A stretch of DNA of 64,000 nt, taken from positions 12,242-76,241 of the forward strand of contig CAZEPJ010000010.1 in the NCBI GenBank assembly GCA_964514105.1, read 5' to 3'. The notes beneath the pieces are model-generated. The model made no database searches. It saw nothing but the letters and a program-made list of their open reading frames with translations, and was not told the DNA's origin. Of the stretch, positions 58,940-64,000 are shown one piece after another. The position numbers and the translations under genes were made by a program. The stretch comes from an uncultured Desulfarculaceae bacterium. Lineage in GTDB: Bacteria > Desulfobacterota > Desulfocorpusculales > Desulfocorpusculum. Numbering within the stretch: the first letter of the stretch is position 1; each line of letters opens with the position of its first letter.

Positions 58940-60175
58940 ATGGGCAGGCGTGTTGTGGTCACCGGCATGGGGGCGTTAAGCCCGCTGGGAATCGGAGCCG
59001 AGGCATCCTGGAAGGCGTGCGTCGAGGGACGCTCCGGGATCCGGAGGATCTCCAAGTTCGACGTATCGGCCCACAAGACCCAGATAGCCGGGGAGCTGAA
59101 GGGATTCGATCCCGGCGAGTATCTGGAGCCCAAGGAGACCAAACGCTACGACGAGTTCAGCCAGTTCGTCCTGGTGGCCAGCCAGATGGCCGTGGACGAC
59201 TCGGGGCTGCGGATCGACCACGATCTGCAGAGCCGCATGGGGGTCATCGTGGGAACGGGGTTCGGGGGCCTGAAGACCTTCGAGAGCAACTTCCGGACCT
59301 TCATGGAGAGCGGCCCCAAGAGGATCTCCCCGTTCTTCATCCCCATGATGATCGCCAACATGGCCCCGGGCCTCGTGGCCATCCGTTTCGGGATCCTGGG
59401 ACCCAACACCTGTACGGTCACCGCCTGCGCGGCCAGCTCCCATGCCATCGGCGACGCATTCAAGGTGATTCAGAGGGGCCAGGCGGACGTCATGCTAGCC
59501 GGGGGCACCGAGGCCTCCATCACCAGCCTGATGCTGGGCGGTTTCGACGTCATGAAGGCCACCAGCACCCGCAACGAAGAGCCTGAGCGGGCCAGCCGGC
59601 CCTTCGACAAGGACCGCGACGGGTTCGTGCCCGCCGAGGGCTCCGCCATGCTGCTCCTGGAGGAGCTCGATCACGCGCGGCGGCGGGGGGCCAATATCTA
59701 CGCCGAGATCACGGGATACGGCCTCAGCAACGACGCACACCATTTCACGGCCCCGGACCCCGACGGCCGGGGGGCGTCCCTGTGCATGCGCATGGCCCTG
59801 GCGGATGCGGGAATCGACCCGGCAGACGTGCAGTACATCAACGCCCACGGCACGTCAACCCCGCTCAACGACTTGACCGAGACGACGGCCATCAAGACCG
59901 TATTCGGCCCCCACGCCGGCAGGCTCGCCGTGAGTTCCACCAAGTCCATGACCGGGCATCTGCTCGGGGCCGCAGGCGCCATCGAGGCGGTATTCACTTG
60001 CCTGGCCATCCGGGACGGCGTAATCCCACCCACCATCAATTACGAGACCCCCGACCCCCAGTGCGACCTGGATTACGTCCCCAATCACGCCCGGGAGGCG
60101 AGGGTCAAGGTCGCCCTGTCCAACTCCTTCGGGTTCGGCGGCACCAACGCCTCCCTGGTCTTCAAGGCACTTTGA
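58940..60175 (+). CDS. fabF: Beta-ketoacyl-ACP synthase II
   Basis: [22 protein letters not shown] (catalytic Cys), [36 protein letters not shown]. Confidence 0.95.
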   Translation: MGRRVVVTGMGALSPLGIGAEASWKACVEGRSGIRRISKFDVSAHKTQIAGELKGFDPGEYLEPKETKRYDEFSQFVLVASQMAVDDSGLRIDHDLQSRMGVIVGTGFGGLKTFESNFRTFMESGPKRISPFFIPMMIANMAPGLVAIRFGILGPNTCTVTACAASSHAIGDAFKVIQRGQADVMLAGGTEASITSLMLGGFDVMKATSTRNEEPERASRPFDKDRDGFVPAEGSAMLLLEELDHARRRGANIYAEITGYGLSNDAHHFTAPDPDGRGASLCMRMALADAGIDPADVQYINAHGTSTPLNDLTETTAIKTVFGPHAGRLAVSSTKSMTGHLLGAAGAIEAVFTCLAIRDGVIPPTINYETPDPQCDLDYVPNHAREARVKVALSNSFGFGGTNASLVFKAL

Positions 60176-60199
60176 GACCGCCGTGATCCGCCGGCGGGC

Positions 60200-60730
60200 T
60201 CACCTGCCACCGCCGCCCGGCGTGAGGAAGATGCCGGGGATCCTCCCCGAGAACTTCTCCTCGAAGACCCCCTGTGGGGGGCTCTCCTGCCTGGCGCCGA
60301 GATAGAAGTTGAGCTTGAGCGTGGCCACCTCCGAACGATTCCCCGCCTGGTCCTCCAGGCTCACCCAGAGGCGGAGCCCGGTGAGGTGGAGGTCCCGCAA
60401 CCCCTCGCCGAACTCGAACGTGCCCAGGTCGAGATATCCCGACATCGCGTTGCATTGGTCCCGGTACACGGGCAGGCGCACGGGCGTGGCCGTGTGCCCG
60501 GGGATGTTCAACCATGCGTGGATGAATGCCAGATCGCCATCGGGATCGGTCCCCTTGATGTACACCTTCCAGGTGTCCCCGGGGGCGATCTCCCGGGAGG
60601 CGAACGCGGCCTCCAGGCGGGGGGCCCCGGCAGGCTTGGCTGCAAGGGCGTCCCACGACGACAGGGTCAGGGACAGAGCCACGACCGCCCCCGCTCCCAC
60701 GTACCGCTGCATGCCATGAAGCGGCTTCAT
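60200..60730 (-). CDS. Hypothetical exported protein (possible Ig-like beta-sandwich)
   Basis: Signal-like N-terminus; motifs GTDPDGD and LEDQAGNRS; GGAGG RBS. Confidence 0.6.
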   Translation of the reverse strand: MKPLHGMQRYVGAGAVVALSLTLSSWDALAAKPAGAPRLEAAFASREIAPGDTWKVYIKGTDPDGDLAFIHAWLNIPGHTATPVRLPVYRDQCNAMSGYLDLGTFEFGEGLRDLHLTGLRLWVSLEDQAGNRSEVATLKLNFYLGARQESPPQGVFEEKFSGRIPGIFLTPGGGGR

Positions 60731-60905
60731 GTCCGGCCTCCTGACTTCCGGCGGGCTCCAGGCCCGCGATAAAGGGTCTGCATCCTGAATTCTGAATGTT
60801 AGACGAGGCGTTGGATCGGGGGATTCCACGCCTCCATGGGAGGAGGCCATCTCGGTTTTCTGGTGAGGTCTTCGGTCGTCCAACTGGCTCGGTCGAGCCC
60901 CCGGA

Positions 60906-62051
60906 TCAGATGGCGTCGATGAGGGATTCGAAGCGGTTGCACCCCGTGGCCGTGATGCGGCCTGCGGCCACAGGCTCGACGTCGCCGGCGACCTGGAGCA
61001 GCTCGCAGTGGCTCAGGACCTCGTTGACGGCCATACGCATCCCCATCCCCTTGAGCAGGCGCGGCTCGAAGTGCTCCTCAGCGATTTCCTCGGCCGTCCT
61101 CGGCTTCACTTGGACGATCTGCAGGATTTCCGCGCAGCGCCGGACGTGATGGTCGAGCATCTCGCGGGCGCGAGCCTCCAGATCCATGTGATTCCACTGA
61201 CCGTGGTAATAGAGCCGGTGGGCGGGCAGGACCGGGATCCCCGGGAACTGCCTGCCCAGATCCCCCAACCGCTTGACGGAGCGGATGTACGCCCGAAGGC
61301 CGTAGATCTGCGGGGCCTCTCCAAACTCTGCTGGGAGGACCTCCCTGGTGAGGTCGTGGAACGCCTCGCGGGTGGGATGGGGGGTGATCTGTGGCAGCAG
61401 GGTGTCGCCCACGAGGATGGCCTCGTTCCCGATCAGAAGTGCCACGGCGTCGGGGCTGTGTCCGGGCAAATGGAGCACGGAGATGCCGCCGTCCAGGGAC
61501 CCGTCCCAATCCGAGAGGGGATGGATCGTCAACCCCGAGCGCTCGACATGGTACGCCCTGCAGTGCTTCTGGGAGAACGACTCGGGCATGATGCAGTGCC
61601 AGCAGGAGGCGGGAAACGCCTCTCGGTCCGCACAGGGGGCCATCGCAGGGTAGGTCCGGATGAGCTGTGCGTACACGGGGTGGGCCAGGACCCGGGCGCC
61701 CGTCTCCCGCACGATCTCCGTGAGGCCCCCGTCGTGGTCCTCGTGGCCGTGGCTCAGGACCACGCTCTGGAGGTCGCCGGCCGCCACGCCGGCATGTCCC
61801 ATGAGTGCCAGGAGCAGACGACCCATGCCATGGCGCCCCGTGTCCACGAGAAAGGCCGGATCCGACTGGACCAGGTAGTTCCAGGTGGGCCCCAGGTCCC
61901 ACTCGCCGCCGTACACGTTGTCGGTGCCCATCCCCACGATCTCCCGCCCCGAGGGAAGCCTGAGCCGGAAGACCATCTGGTTGCCGTTTCCGTCGCCGTC
62001 GGCCAACACCTCAATCCCATCCTGCAGCATGCCCAAGGACCTCCTGATCAT
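60906..62051 (-). CDS. MBL-fold metallo-hydrolase
   Basis: LVDTG, SHGHEDHDGG (HxHxDH), PGHSPD, GDTLL, PAH; start uncertain. Confidence 0.85.
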   Translation of the reverse strand: MIRRSLGMLQDGIEVLADGDGNGNQMVFRLRLPSGREIVGMGTDNVYGGEWDLGPTWNYLVQSDPAFLVDTGRHGMGRLLLALMGHAGVAAGDLQSVVLSHGHEDHDGGLTEIVRETGARVLAHPVYAQLIRTYPAMAPCADREAFPASCWHCIMPESFSQKHCRAYHVERSGLTIHPLSDWDGSLDGGISVLHLPGHSPDAVALLIGNEAILVGDTLLPQITPHPTREAFHDLTREVLPAEFGEAPQIYGLRAYIRSVKRLGDLGRQFPGIPVLPAHRLYYHGQWNHMDLEARAREMLDHHVRRCAEILQIVQVKPRTAEEIAEEHFEPRLLKGMGMRMAVNEVLSHCELLQVAGDVEPVAAGRITATGCNRFESLIDAI

Positions 62052-62118
62052 GAGCCTTCAAACCCTCCGGACCGATGTCAAAGAGGAAGGATAGCACAAG
62101 GTCGGAAGGCCTCCGTCC

Positions 62119-63132
62119 TCATGTCGGCGCTCTGTGACAGGCCACCTTGTGGCCGGGGGTCACCTCCATGAGTTCGGGTTTGGACTCCCGGCACGCCGGG
62201 GCGAGGTGAGGGCAGCGGGGATGGAAGGGGCATCCCGAGGGCACGCGAATGGGGCTGGGCACGTCTCCTGCGAGGGGACGGTGTTCCCTTTGCCGCTCCA
62301 CCCTCGGGTCCGGGATGGGCACCGCCGCGATGAGCGCCTGGGTGTACGGGTGCAGGGGCTGGGCGTACAGCGCGGCCTTGGTGCAGATCTCGACGATGCT
62401 GCCCAGGTACATCACTGCGATGGCGCTGCACAGGTGCTCCACCACCGCCAGATCGTGGGAGATGAAGATCAAAGACAGGCCCAACTGCTCCCGCAGCCTC
62501 TTCAACAGATTGAGCACCTGAGCCTGGATGGACACATCCAGTGCCGAGACCGGCTCGTCGCAGATGATCAGGATGGGATCGCAGATCAACGCGCGGGCCA
62601 GGGCGATTCGCTGCCTTTGGCCGCCCGAGAACTCGTGGGGAAACCGGGTCATGTGCTCGGCGAAGAGCCCGACCTTGGAAAGGGCCTGGGCAACCCGCTC
62701 GCGTTTCTCCCCCCGGCCCAGGCCTGGCGAGAAGTTGTCCAGAGGCTCCTTGAGGATCCGATAGATCGACATGCGGGGGTCCAGAGACGAATAGGGGTCC
62801 TGAAACACGAACTGGATCCGCCGTCGAAGGGGTTTCAGGTCCCGCATCTGCATCACGTCCTGCCCATCGAACGCGATGCGGCCGGCGGTGGGCTCGATCA
62901 GCCGCAGGATGAGCCTCCCGGTGGTGGTCTTGCCGCAGCCGGATTCTCCCACCAGCCCCAGGATCTGACCCCGCTCCAAGGCGAAGGATACGCCGTCCAC
63001 GGCCCGGAGCACGGGCCCCCGGTCCGAGAGCCTCCGGCCCAGGGGGAAGTGCTTCACCAGGTCCTGGACCTCCAGGAGCGGTCGGCTCGATTGCGCCGGG
63101 TCGATGGGTGCGACGGTGCCCATCCTCACCAT
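62119..63132 (-). CDS. ABC ATP-binding protein (OppF/DppF-like)
   Basis: [39 protein letters not shown]; start 63132 or 63123. Confidence 0.92.
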   Translation of the reverse strand: MVRMGTVAPIDPAQSSRPLLEVQDLVKHFPLGRRLSDRGPVLRAVDGVSFALERGQILGLVGESGCGKTTTGRLILRLIEPTAGRIAFDGQDVMQMRDLKPLRRRIQFVFQDPYSSLDPRMSIYRILKEPLDNFSPGLGRGEKRERVAQALSKVGLFAEHMTRFPHEFSGGQRQRIALARALICDPILIICDEPVSALDVSIQAQVLNLLKRLREQLGLSLIFISHDLAVVEHLCSAIAVMYLGSIVEICTKAALYAQPLHPYTQALIAAVPIPDPRVERQREHRPLAGDVPSPIRVPSGCPFHPRCPHLAPACRESKPELMEVTPGHKVACHRAPT

Positions 63133-64000
63133 GGTGGATCCCCCAGCCAGCAGCGGCACCGGTGGCCGGGCCCCACATCCGCCAGTGACGGCTCCTCATC
63201 CCCGCAGACATCCATGGCGAAGTCGCAGCGTGACAGGAATGCGCATCCCCTCCCGAGGTCGCGCAGGTTGGGCACCACGCCGCGGATCTCTTTGAGTTCC
63301 TTCTGGGGCTGATCCAGCCGCGGCACGGAATCCAGGAGGCCGTGCGTGTACGGGTGTCGATGCCCGCGGAAGACCACGTCCGCGTCTCCCTCCTCCATTA
63401 CTCGCCCGGCGTACATGATCATGACCCGATTGGCCATGGAGGCCACCACGCCCAGGTTGTGGGTGATCAGGATGACCGACATGCCCATATCGGCCTGGAG
63501 CTGGGCGATGAGCCGGAGGATCTGGGCCTGAATGGTCACATCCAGGGCCGTGGTCGGCTCGTCGGCGATGAGGACCTTGGGGCGGCAGGCCAACGCGATG
63601 GCGATCATGGCCCGCTGCCGCATGCCGCCCGAGAGCTGGTGGGGGTAATCCCTGGCCCGGCGGGCCGGCTCGGGGATCTCCACCATCCGAAGCATGTCCA
63701 CGGCCCGAGCCCACGCCTCTTTCCTGGAGATGCGCCGGTGAAATCGGAAGGCCTCGCCGATCTGATCCCCCACGGTGAAGGCCGGGTTCAAACTGGTCAT
63801 GGGCTCCTGGAAGATCATGGAGATCTCCGCGCCGCGCACGGAGCGCATCTGCTTTTCCGTCAGGGAGAGGAGGTCGCGCCCCAGGAGCCAGACCTCCCCG
63901 GAAACGATCCTCCCGGGGGGCGTGGGGATGATCCGGGTGATGGCCCTGGCCGTGACGGATTTGCCGCACGCGGATTCGCCCACCACCCCCAGGACTTCCC
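63126..64000 (-). CDS. ABC ATP-binding protein (OppD/DppD-like), 5' end outside window
   Basis: [38 protein letters not shown]. Confidence 0.92.
   Translation of the reverse strand, partial: EVLGVVGESACGKSVTARAITRIIPTPPGRIVSGEVWLLGRDLLSLTEKQMRSVRGAEISMIFQEPMTSLNPAFTVGDQIGEAFRFHRRISRKEAWARAVDMLRMVEIPEPARRARDYPHQLSGGMRQRAMIAIALACRPKVLIADEPTTALDVTIQAQILRLIAQLQADMGMSVILITHNLGVVASMANRVMIMYAGRVMEEGDADVVFRGHRHPYTHGLLDSVPRLDQPQKELKEIRGVVPNLRDLGRGCAFLSRCDFAMDVCGDEEPSLADVGPGHRCRCWLGDPPW

Noticed and set aside
60783-60840. CTGAATTCTGAAT heptamer doublet and GAGGCGT/ACGCCTC hairpin
   Set aside because: Only two short units; probably an ordinary intergenic hairpin, not an array.

Overview
High-GC (about 68-70% by eye) bacterial chromosomal window with no tRNA, rRNA, CRISPR array, transposase or phage gene. 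The gene content resembles a deltaproteobacterial/Desulfobacterota-type heterotroph, but taxonomy is inference only. It holds about 57 CDSs, dominated by solute uptake and catabolism. (1) 1-20111, all minus strand: AcoR-like sigma54 activator, an acoABCL-type TPP/lipoate dehydrogenase complex, a KduD-like SDR, two Liv-type ABC importers, a VOC protein, an SDR and an acyl-CoA ligase. (2) DUF362, cytochrome b5/DUF2231, pgm, a DsbA/FrnE-like protein with an in-frame UGA (probable selenoprotein), Fe-ADH/SDR/3-hydroxyacyl-CoA dehydrogenase, and ettA. (3) A third Liv-type importer, a YdjM-like hydrolase, a thioesterase, and amidase/aminotransferase/amidohydrolase. (4) An amidohydrolase-Dpp ABC-deaminase operon, arfB, and a 570-aa secreted orphan with a low-GC internal cassette. 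(5) ubiD-ubiA-LPS kinase-methyltransferase converging on a heme-c diguanylate cyclase, a stand-alone fabF with a structured leader, an MBL hydrolase and the end of an Opp/Dpp ABC operon. Top signals: the UPWC selenoprotein with a SECIS-like hairpin; an E2 lacking a lipoyl domain paired with a lipoyl-bearing E3; a WarA/WarB-like kinase-methyltransferase pair abutting a diguanylate cyclase; the orphan protein; and the fabF leader RNA. All calls are by-eye motif recognition, with no database searches run.
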